A DNA stretch of 64,000 nt from Terriglobia bacterium (GTDB lineage Bacteria > Acidobacteriota > Terriglobia > 20CM-2-55-15). Below the pieces are notes generated by a model that was given only the letters and a program-made list of their open reading frames with translations, did not search any database and had not been told where the DNA came from. This document shows positions 36,996 through 45,244 of the stretch, one piece after another; position 1 is the stretch's first letter; each line of letters begins with the position of its first letter. Both the position numbers and the translations under genes were made by a program. The stretch spans positions 416,001 through 480,000 of the forward strand of contig CBDAOY010000009.1 of assembly GCA_965198225.1 (NCBI GenBank). The letters run 5' to 3'.

Positions 36996-37952
36996 CTAGT
37001 TCAGGTCTCCGCTCAACCAGTGAAGAACGTTCAGGACGAACTGGGGGTTCTGCTCCGCCATGGGTGCATTCATGCCCATAGGAGTCTGCTGAGCTCCGGC
37101 GACTTGGGCCGTGAACATGGCCGCTTCGCCGAAGAACGCTGCCCGGCCGGCGCCCGCCTCCAAGGCCGCGCCCTGGTACCATCCATCGACCGATACCCGC
37201 CGCGTTCCCTCGTCGAACTGCCACGCGAACCGGGGCATCAACGAGACGAACTCCGGGGAGAAGACCATGAGCGGGTATATCGCCGCGTCGGACTGAAAGG
37301 CCTGCCCTGTAAACGTTCGGATTGAGTCCACGCGTTCGCCGGGATCACGACCGTTCGTGATGGGATGGTCGGCCAGGGTTCCGGTCTGCCGGGCGAACAG
37401 CGTCGGTTTCGCGCCCGCCGTCGACCAATCCGAGGTGGGCGCGTCACCGAGTTCGAACGCGAACCCGTCGTTGAACTGGACGTCGAACGCCGCTGCCAGC
37501 TTCAACGCGGCTCCGGCGACCGGCATGTGGTCGGCGATCAACAGCAGCGAGCCGCCCGCGTCGACCCAGTTCTTCAGGGCCGCGATCTCGCCTTCGCTGA
37601 ACGCCGACGGTGTCGGATCGGGATAGGTATTCCAGGCCGCGTCGCTCGGCAGGGGGTTGGAGATCACAAAGATCCGGCAAGTTTCCAGCAGCTCCTTGCT
37701 GAGTTCCAGGTCGGAGCCCTCGACGCGGTACCCGTCCGCACGCAGCAGCTCCGCAAAAGCCTGGAATCGGCCGCCTATCGTATGAAAGTTGAAATGGGCC
37801 TCGTCCACGAGTACGAGCGGCCCATAGCCGTCCGGGTAAGCTGGTTCCTCGATCGGGAATTCGAACGCCGTGTCCGCCAGCTGCTGCGCCGATCCGCTCC
37901 ATCCGGCAACGAATGCGGCGACGAGAGCGAACATCGTCAGTTTCTTCAACAT
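36996..37952 (-). CDS. Secreted hypothetical protein (DUF4350/GATase-like fold)
   Basis: Signal peptide, DEAHFNFHT, GGSLLLIADH, GEAAMFTAQ. Confidence 0.7.
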   Translation of the reverse strand: MLKKLTMFALVAAFVAGWSGSAQQLADTAFEFPIEEPAYPDGYGPLVLVDEAHFNFHTIGGRFQAFAELLRADGYRVEGSDLELSKELLETCRIFVISNPLPSDAAWNTYPDPTPSAFSEGEIAALKNWVDAGGSLLLIADHMPVAGAALKLAAAFDVQFNDGFAFELGDAPTSDWSTAGAKPTLFARQTGTLADHPITNGRDPGERVDSIRTFTGQAFQSDAAIYPLMVFSPEFVSLMPRFAWQFDEGTRRVSVDGWYQGAALEAGAGRAAFFGEAAMFTAQVAGAQQTPMGMNAPMAEQNPQFVLNVLHWLSGDLN

Positions 37953-38033
37953 GTTTGTCTCCTGGAAGCTTTACTATACCTTCATTCTTGAAGTGGCTAC
38001 AGCCACTCGTCAGCCCCTCAGAGGAGGTTCAGC

Positions 38034-38858
38034 ATGGCATCGAGGATTCCGTTTCTGTTGATCTTAGCGACGGCGGTCGCCGGTTCCGCCGTGGCCCAGA
38101 CCCCACCGACGACGCGGGAGATGACGCTGCTCGGATGGCAGGAGTTTGCCGAGCTGGTGCCCGCGCAAGTCGAGACCGTTCTGGTACCGACCGGGACGCT
38201 GGAAGCGCATGGCGTACTGCCTAACGGATCGGACAACCTGGCGCCCGAGGCGATGGCGCGGGACCTCGCCGAGCGGCTGAACGCCTTGATTTCGCCGACG
38301 CTCAACTATGGTGTCACCGGAAGCCTGGACGCGTTTCCCGGGACGTTTTCGATAGGGGCCGAGTCCTACGAAGCCTTTGTCACGGACATCATGACCGGTC
38401 TCGCTCGCAACGGCTTCAAGAACCTGGTCATCCTGAACGGTCACGGCGGAGGCCAGACAGCGATCCTTCAGCGAGTTGCCCAGGAAGTTGGAAGAGCACA
38501 ACGCGTCAGGACATTGGTGACGAACTGGTGGTCGATCGCGAGCGAAATCACCCTCGAGGTGTTAGGTGAAGACGGCGGCCACGCCGGCAATAACGAGAGC
38601 GCCTACGTGCAGGCGATCGTGCCGGACAACGTGCATCCCGAACGGTACTCCCCCGACATGGCGACCGCTGGTTCGTCGCCGGCAGGATGGAGCGCTTATC
38701 CTTTTCCGTCCTCGATCATTCTCTACCAGCCCGGTCAGGGATATCCGGACTTCGACGCGGACAAGGCGGCGGTCTACTTCCGGAGGGTTAACGACCGAAT
38801 GGCCGAGTTGATCGAATCGACGATCGAGAAGTGGGATCGGGCGGGGATTTTCCGGTAG
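38034..38858 (+). CDS. Creatininase family protein
   Basis: PTGTLEAHG, NGHGG, HAGNNES. Confidence 0.9.
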   Translation: MASRIPFLLILATAVAGSAVAQTPPTTREMTLLGWQEFAELVPAQVETVLVPTGTLEAHGVLPNGSDNLAPEAMARDLAERLNALISPTLNYGVTGSLDAFPGTFSIGAESYEAFVTDIMTGLARNGFKNLVILNGHGGGQTAILQRVAQEVGRAQRVRTLVTNWWSIASEITLEVLGEDGGHAGNNESAYVQAIVPDNVHPERYSPDMATAGSSPAGWSAYPFPSSIILYQPGQGYPDFDADKAAVYFRRVNDRMAELIESTIEKWDRAGIFR

Positions 38859-39076
38859 GTGTGGGTGCGGTCTATCAAGCTGTGAACGATCCTCAAGTGC
38901 AGGTGCGCTCTATGAGCGCACAAATGCCCGCGGGACCACAAGTTGTGCGGTCATAGACCGCACCTACACGTGCCAAGCCCCGCCACCCGATTTTCCGTTC
39001 CCATGATTCGTTCACAGCTTGATAGACGCACATTCTTCGAGCCGAAACGACGTGCGCTCACAGAGCGCACCTACAC
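38859..39076. repeat. Nested REP doublet / MITE / REP doublet stack
   Basis: GTAG-type REP palindromes (GTGCGCTCTATGAGCGCAC); 19-bp IR at 38871-38889 and 39008-39026. Confidence 0.8.
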
Positions 39077-39131
39077 CGGACTTCCGTGAGATCTAACACG
39101 ATTGAGATCTATCGGGGAAGGTTTGATTGTG

Positions 39132-40753
39132 GGTTATGTTTCAGAGTTTCTGCAAAAAGGTCCTGAAATAGGAAAGGGCCAGGGTATCTCCGAAAAGTTG
39201 GTAACGAATCAACTTTGAAACGAAGGAGATGAACCGATGGCCCGACCTCAGATTAAGCGAAAGGGAGTGGATTGGAAAGAACTGTTAGGAGAGGAAAAGG
39301 ATTTGCTGAAAAGCGTCGTACAGGAGGTGGTTCAAGAGATTCTCGAGGCGGAGATGGACCAGGTCGTGGGCGCGGTCAAGAGTGAACGAACAGGGGGTCG
39401 CACCGGATATCGGAGTGGCTATTACGGACGGGACCTGGTCACACGGGTGGGCAAGCTGGAGTTGCGCGTGCCGCAGGACCGGGCCGGCCGGTTCAGTACG
39501 GAGGTGTTTGAACGCTACCAACGCAGCGAGAAAGCCTTGGTGGCCAGCTTGGCCGAGATGTACGTGCAGGGCGTGTCAACGCGCAAGGTGAAAGCCATCA
39601 CCGAAGAACTATGCGGACATTCGTTTTCGGCCAGCACGATCAGCCGGATTAATCAGACTCTGGACAAGGAGCTGAAAAAGTTTGCAACGCGACGATTGGA
39701 GGAAGAATACCCGTACCTAATTTTGGATGCGCGCTACGAGAAGGTGCGCGAAGACGGGGTCATCCGGAGCCGGGCGGTGCTGGTCGCGATCGGAATCAAC
39801 TGGGACGGCCGGCGCGGTGTGTTGGCGGTGGAGCTGGCGGGACGGGAAAGCACGACCAGTTGGCGGCAACTGCTGCTGAGTTTAAAACAACGCGGCCTGT
39901 GCGGGGTGGAGTTCGTGGTGACCGACGATCATCCGGGGTTGAAGAAAGCCATCGCGGAAGTCCTGACCGAAGCGATCTGGCAGCGCTGCTACGTGCACTT
40001 TCTCCGAAACGCATTGGATTATCTGCCGCGCAAAGGCGATGACGATTGCCTCCAGGAACTGCGTTGGCTCTACGATCGGCGGAACCTCCAGGAAGCGCGG
40101 CAGGACCTCGCGGCGTGGTTGAGCAAGTGGGGGCAGAAATATCCCAAACTCTGCGACTGGGTCGAAGACAACATCGACGAGACGCTGAGCTTCTACACGC
40201 TGCCGCTTCAGCATCACAAGCACATGAAATCCACCAATATGCTGGAACGGCTCAACGAAGAGATCAAGCGGCGAACGCGTGTGGTGCGGATATTCCCCAA
40301 CGCGGCCAGCTGTCTGCGTTTGATTCGGGCACTGACCACCGAGATGCACGAGAACTGGATCGAAGCGATCCGTTATTTGAACATGGATCTGTTGAAGGAA
40401 CACAAGAAGGACTGGCACCGTCAGACGCCTGCCGCGTGAACGCGTCAAAACGGACCGACCCAAGGATCGGCTCGGAAGCCGATCGTCGATTACAGCGCAT
40501 CCTGGAGCGAGGAATCTCTGTGGAAAACTTTCAAAGGGCGAAAGAAAGAGAACCAAAAAAGAAAGAAAGGCAGAGGCCTGATGGAAATGACGCCTCAGAG
40601 GAAATCCGCAACAAGACGCGGATTCCCTCTGAGGCTTGGAAAAGCTTCGCCAAGAACGTTCAGCTTTCCCACATTCCCACAGGCCCGACGGCGATCAACA
40701 CTCAAGAACTGACTTTTTCGGAAATACTTTTTGCAGAACTTGACGCACACAAC
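39132..40753 (+). mobile_element. Complete IS256-family insertion sequence
   Basis: Imperfect terminal IRs ending TTCTGCAAAA; target duplication TTGATTGTG at 39123-39131 and 40754-40762. Confidence 0.92.
39237..40439 (+). CDS. IS256 (mutator-type) DDE transposase
   Basis: VPQDRAG, GVSTRKV, LILDARYEK, WQRCYVHF, STNMLERLNEEIKRRT. Confidence 0.97.
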   Translation: MARPQIKRKGVDWKELLGEEKDLLKSVVQEVVQEILEAEMDQVVGAVKSERTGGRTGYRSGYYGRDLVTRVGKLELRVPQDRAGRFSTEVFERYQRSEKALVASLAEMYVQGVSTRKVKAITEELCGHSFSASTISRINQTLDKELKKFATRRLEEEYPYLILDARYEKVREDGVIRSRAVLVAIGINWDGRRGVLAVELAGRESTTSWRQLLLSLKQRGLCGVEFVVTDDHPGLKKAIAEVLTEAIWQRCYVHFLRNALDYLPRKGDDDCLQELRWLYDRRNLQEARQDLAAWLSKWGQKYPKLCDWVEDNIDETLSFYTLPLQHHKHMKSTNMLERLNEEIKRRTRVVRIFPNAASCLRLIRALTTEMHENWIEAIRYLNMDLLKEHKKDWHRQTPAA

Positions 40754-40855
40754 TTGATTGTGCTCGATCCCGACGGAGCTGGGTACCTTTCGGGGATGAC
40801 GACAGCCCGTGCGGACGAGGTGACTCCAGTACGAAACAATTGAATCTCTCGGACC

Positions 40856-40875
40856 GGCCCCAAGCCGGGCCTTTT
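40856..40875 (+). terminator. Terminator-like stem-loop at the IIC intron target
   Basis: GGCCC-CAAGCC-GGGCC-TTTT just before the intron 5' end. Confidence 0.55.
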
Positions 40876-41314
40876 CAGGTGCGCCGGGCATGGCACGCCA
40901 ACCGAAGGTAGGAAAGCCACCGTGATCGGACGGAAGGCGAACGCCAACAAGGCAAGGGCAGTCTCAGAGATGGGATGTCCGGAGGAAGCATGAGGCAGAA
41001 CTCGTGTACGTAGCGAACAGCGAACCGGCTAGATGGGTGCCCGGAGGGGGGCGAGCAGGCTTGAGAGAGCGAGCCCCGATATTCGATCGGAGTTACCGAA
41101 GGGAGCTGAAGCCGGACGGGATACGAGGAGGGGGCGTGTCTTACCCCGGGAAGCCCTACTGCTTCGATGTCGGGACCCACAGCGGGTGCGCCCGCCCAGG
41201 CGCTCAAAGGACATTGGGTTATCCAGTCCGCCGTGACCTGACGTTCGAAAACCGAGCCGCGAACGGCGATTCCGTAGCGGGCAGGGAGCAGAGGGTGGCA
41301 GATCCATGGATAGT

Positions 41315-42236
41315 GCGTGCCTGGCAGCACGCGTTTCCGGCGGGTTAAAGTCCCGCTCGGCCCGAGGCCACGGGTCGATATCCAACAAGTGGGGGTAATG
41401 CCTCACTGGCCGAAGTGTAGACAGGTAGTGCAGATGCCTAAACGGGCACGAAGGCGAAAGCCGGATACGGCCAAGGCAAAGCTGGAGCCAGCTACGGAAA
41501 CTTTGGAGGGCAGGGCGCCCACCGCGAGGTGGGGTCTGAAGGGCATGAGGAGAACCACCGGGTCGTAATCGACGGGAGCCATCCCGAGGATGAACCGGTC
41601 GGCCAAAGATGGGGAATGGTCGAGCCCGCACTATTGGGGCGAAGGCGCATTGGTTCCACCCCATCGCACCAAGGTGTGTGCGGGCGACACGGTGGAGAAG
41701 AGACGCGAGTGACCCAGGGAGGCCTGGTATCGTCCGAGCGGAAGGTAAGGTCGAGATGATGTGGCACCCGCAGACGAAAGGGCGGGCAACCGAGAAGACA
41801 AACATCGACCTAGAGCCCTGCGCGGTAGGTGCGGATATAAGCGAGAGCGAAATTCCGGCCGACGCGGTGTCAGGAATCGGATCGGGGAATAGTACTCAGG
41901 AACGAGACGGCAAACATAAGGTCTCGGATCGTTGCTTCGAGCAGCGGCGCTGGCGGGTCCAAAAGGCCCGTTGGAGGGGGAAGTCCCCGTACTCAGTCGT
42001 GAATGTGCGAGCGATGGGAAACGCGGAGATATCGTGGAATTGGATAGTTCCCTTAGCGAAAGACCCAAACGCGGTACGAACGAAGCCGCCACCTGCCGCC
42101 ACACAGCGAATTCCGAACGAGGAGCAACTGAGGAAAGCGGCTTGCGGGAAAACCGCACGAGCCGTTTGATTGAGCGGACGGTGGAAGGGCAACTGAGGAG
42201 ATTGAGCCCGACCAGCCCGACCACTTTCGACTCTAC
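41315..42236 (+). ncRNA. ORF-less group II (IIB-like) intron nested in the outer intron
   Basis: DI basal stem CCTGG..CACGCGTTT pairs with AGACGCGAGTG..CCAGG; 34-nt DV 42134-42167 (AGC triad, GAAA loop); DVI ending CGACTCTAC; 5' end at 41315 (alternative 41313). Confidence 0.8.
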
Positions 42237-42614
42237 ACTGAGGACTCAGGGCCGATGAAGCCTGGCAACAGTGCGGAGGATAAAACCCTGACGACCGGGA
42301 AACAAAGAGAGGAACGGGCGCCCTGGCAGCAGCCGGAGCAACTGAATCTCTGGGACAACCCGGACGGCCGGAGATCGCCAACCGGCGGTGGGAAGTCATG
42401 GACGAGAGGCGAGAGTGACACCGACAGGGAGTCGACTCAGTGGATGGAGCAAGGGGCCCAGAAAGCCATCGGGGGCGGCGAGTTCCACATGGGCGCCGAG
42501 GCGGAAAACCGCCGCGGTCATCAGCCGTCCGGGTCCGGCGACAACGCCAACCACCCCCGGCCATCCCTGGCGGAAGACAGTCACGGAGGAAGTGAACTGA
42601 AAGTTGTTGGAGTG

Positions 42615-43871
42615 ATGAAACGGGTCTACGACCGGAGGCGACTGGTTCAGGCGTGGCAGCAGGTACGGGCCAACGCCGGAGCCGCCGGGGTGGACAACAT
42701 GACGGTCGAAGCCTTCGGGGAAAGAGAGGATGAATTTCTCTCACTCATCCACGACAAGCTGAAAGCCGGGACATACCGTTTCAAGCCCGCAAAGAGGGTT
42801 CTGATCCCCAAGCCGGGCAGTTCGAAGAAGAGGAAGCTGGGTATTCCCGTCGTGATGGACCGTGTGGTCAGTCAGAGTCTCCATGCTGTGTTGACGGAAA
42901 TCTTTGAGCCGGACTTCAGCGGGTCCAACTTCGGGTTTCGGCGTGGTAAGAGCCAACACCAGGCCATTCGCCATGTGCGGGAAGCCGTGATGGAGGGCTA
43001 TGAGTGGTGTGCATCCCTCGACATCCAGAGCTTCTTCGATGAGATCCCCCACAACCTGATCCTCAAGCTCATTCGACAGAGAATCCGAGATGAGCGGCTC
43101 GTTACGTTGATCGTGCGGGTGCTGAAGGCAGGAGTTGCTGTGGATGGTGTTATCGAGAAGACGGATCAGGGATGTCCCCAAGGCTCCCCGGTCTCGCCGG
43201 TCCTGTCCAACATCGTGCTCAATGAGCTCGACCAGGAACTGGAACGGCGGGGACACCGGTTCAGCCGGTGGGCCGATGATTTCGTCATCCTGTTGCGAAC
43301 GGAGCGGGCGGCTCTACGGGTGATGGAAGGTATCACACGATTCCTCGAAGAGGAACTCGGACTGCGCGTCAACCGGGACAAGAGCCGCGTGGCCCCGATC
43401 AAGGATGTGGAGTTCTTAGGATTCCAGATCCTGCGGGGTCAGATTCGGGTGAGTACGCGGGCGCGGAAGCGCTTCGTGCAAGAGGTCCGATCCCGGACAC
43501 GGCGGAATAACGGGCTATCGATGCACCAGGTCATTGGCGAACTCAACGAATATCTTGAAGGATGGGTCGGGTATTACCGCATCCAGGAGTTCCGGAAGAT
43601 CTTCCAAGAGCTAGATGGATTCATCCGTAGTCGGCTCCGGTCCATGCAGTTGAAGAAGTGGAAGAAGCCGGCGAAGTTCCAGCGGATGATGATTCGCGCC
43701 GGCGCCCCGGTGTATTACGCCCGCCGAACCTGGGTGCGGATGAAGGCGTGGCAATCCGTCATGCGGCGGGAGGTCCGTTTCGTCCTGAGCCTGGAGTGGT
43801 TTCGGAGCCAGGGACTCGTCTTTCTCCACGACTTCGCGCAGCGGAATCTCAAACTGGAGTTTGCTCGCTGA
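42615..43871 (+). CDS. ltrA: Group II intron reverse transcriptase/maturase (class C, no endonuclease); frame open from 42255, true start uncertain
   Basis: AWQQVRANAGAAGVD, RKLGIPVVMDR, DIQSFFD, GCPQGSPVSP, RWADD, X domain GWVGYY. Confidence 0.93.
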   Translation: MKRVYDRRRLVQAWQQVRANAGAAGVDNMTVEAFGEREDEFLSLIHDKLKAGTYRFKPAKRVLIPKPGSSKKRKLGIPVVMDRVVSQSLHAVLTEIFEPDFSGSNFGFRRGKSQHQAIRHVREAVMEGYEWCASLDIQSFFDEIPHNLILKLIRQRIRDERLVTLIVRVLKAGVAVDGVIEKTDQGCPQGSPVSPVLSNIVLNELDQELERRGHRFSRWADDFVILLRTERAALRVMEGITRFLEEELGLRVNRDKSRVAPIKDVEFLGFQILRGQIRVSTRARKRFVQEVRSRTRRNNGLSMHQVIGELNEYLEGWVGYYRIQEFRKIFQELDGFIRSRLRSMQLKKWKKPAKFQRMMIRAGAPVYYARRTWVRMKAWQSVMRREVRFVLSLEWFRSQGLVFLHDFAQRNLKLEFAR

Positions 43872-44045
43872 TCGAAGAGCGGCTTACCTGGCCGGTACGA
43901 GCCGTTCTGTCCGGAGGGGGTGAGGGTCACTTCACCTCCTACCGGGATTTGGACCTGACCGCAGTACAATTCCGACACTCTCACAGCGCAATCGCCATGC
44001 GACCGAAGCGGTCCATGCGGCAGGTGGAGTCGTGAAAGATTACCG

Positions 44046-44474
44046 ATGAGGAACGTCAAGCAACTTTTGGACGTGAAGGGATCGACGGTGTGGTCGATCG
44101 AACCGGAGGCTTCCGTGTTCGAAGCCATCAAGCTGATGGCTGAGAAAGAAATCGGGGCCGTGTTGGTCGTGAAAGACCACCACCCCGTTGGCATGCTGTC
44201 GGAACGGGATTATGCCCGTAAGATCATCCTCGAAGGCAAGTCCTCGCGCGACACACCGGTTGCCGACATCATGTCGAGCCCCGTGATCTACGCGAAGCCC
44301 AAACAGACCATCAGGGAATGCATGGCGGTGATGACCGATCGACGCTGCCGCCACCTGCCGGTCCTTGACGGCGAACAACTTGTCGGGATGATAAGCATCA
44401 ACGATCTCGTGCGTGACATCATCGCCGACCAGCAGTTCCAGATCACGCAACTGGAGAGTTACATCAGCAGCTAG
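44046..44474 (+). CDS. CBS domain protein
   Basis: GMLSERDYARK, RHLPV, GMISINDLV. Confidence 0.92.
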   Translation: MRNVKQLLDVKGSTVWSIEPEASVFEAIKLMAEKEIGAVLVVKDHHPVGMLSERDYARKIILEGKSSRDTPVADIMSSPVIYAKPKQTIRECMAVMTDRRCRHLPVLDGEQLVGMISINDLVRDIIADQQFQITQLESYISS

Positions 44475-44586
44475 GAGTCTGCGCGGTAGAACGATTTTGG
44501 GTCATTGTGACCACAGCATAGTGCGTGTGCGCAGCACTTAGCATCGACATGTAGTACCGGGTTTCTTCTGCCGCGCAGACTCCTAG
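44471..44586. mobile_element. MITE family B, complete copy
   Basis: CTAG-GAGTCTGCGCGGTAGAA ... TTCTGCCGCGCAGACTC-CTAG. Confidence 0.8.
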
Positions 44587-44598
44587 TCCGCATTTGCT

Positions 44599-44669
44599 GT
44601 GTAGGTGCGGTCTATGACCGCACATTCTTCGAGCCGAAATGATGTGCGCTCAATAGAGCGCACCTACAC
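44599..44669. repeat. REP doublet (REPIN-like), GTAG family
   Basis: GTAGGTGCGGTCTATGACCGCAC ... GTGCGCTCAATAGAGCGCACCTAC. Confidence 0.8.
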
Positions 44670-44736
44670 CCGCTGCTGGAGCTTCGATTGTTTCCGGCAC
44701 CGAGACCTCTTCAGAGACTCGCCGCTGCGTTTATTT

Positions 44737-45159
44737 CTACCGTATGAAGTATCCGGCGACCCGCCAGCCTCGATCCCCGTCCAGCACCAGACTGATCGTC
44801 TCGATGGCGGAGCTGTTGTTGGCGAACGAGCTGTCGTACTGGACCACGACGTATTCGCCCTCGGGAGCTCCGGGCAGTTCGGTCTCGTACTGGCTCGAGC
44901 GGACACCGCGAGAATCCAGCGCACCCTGAGGGCGCCGCGCGGCTCGCGCCGCATCCTGCCATCGCGATCGGGGTACCCGCCCCTTGAAGAATCGCGCGGC
45001 TTCGTCCCAACTTCCACCGTAGTCTCCTTCGTCGACTATCGCCAGCCACACCAGGGCAGCCTCCTCGGCGTCCGCGATCTTATCGTCTTGGGCGGATGCG
45101 GGCGCTGCCGCGAATCCAACGGCCAGGATACAGAGGGTTACCGGGCGGAAGGCTCTCAT
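44737..45159 (-). CDS. DUF4019-like secreted protein
   Basis: Signal peptide, WLAIVDEGDY, LPGAPEGEY, WRVAGYFIR. Confidence 0.85.
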   Translation of the reverse strand: MRAFRPVTLCILAVGFAAAPASAQDDKIADAEEAALVWLAIVDEGDYGGSWDEAARFFKGRVPRSRWQDAARAARRPQGALDSRGVRSSQYETELPGAPEGEYVVVQYDSSFANNSSAIETISLVLDGDRGWRVAGYFIR

Positions 45160-45244
45160 GAGCGCTTTCTCCTTAGCGGACGATTATGTCACGGGCCATA
45201 ATACCGAATCCACGGCTCGCCCCGCGCGCGGCTTCTTTCGCGAA

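Larger units (their letters stand above)
40879..43948 (+). mobile_element. Group IIC intron (outer intron of a twintron), RT-encoding
   Basis: 5' GTGCGCCGGGCATGG after a stem-loop; short DV 43877-43907; DVI ending ...CCGGGAT; class C RT. Confidence 0.85.

Noticed and set aside
38859-39076. Possible CRISPR array
   Set aside because: Repeats are inverted pairs with irregular spacing and there are no cas genes; they fit REP doublets.
40808-40845. Hammerhead-like CGGACGAG...CGAAAC before the intron
   Set aside because: The core deviates from CUGANGA and no convincing stems I/III were found.
40875-42744. Several ORFs within 40.9-42.7 kb
   Set aside because: They overlap intron ribozyme domains and have no protein-like features.
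42255-43871. RT as retron, DGR, CRISPR-associated or defence RT
   Set aside because: It has RT0 and X domains and is followed directly by DV/DVI. No TR/VR pair, msr-msd or cas genes are seen.
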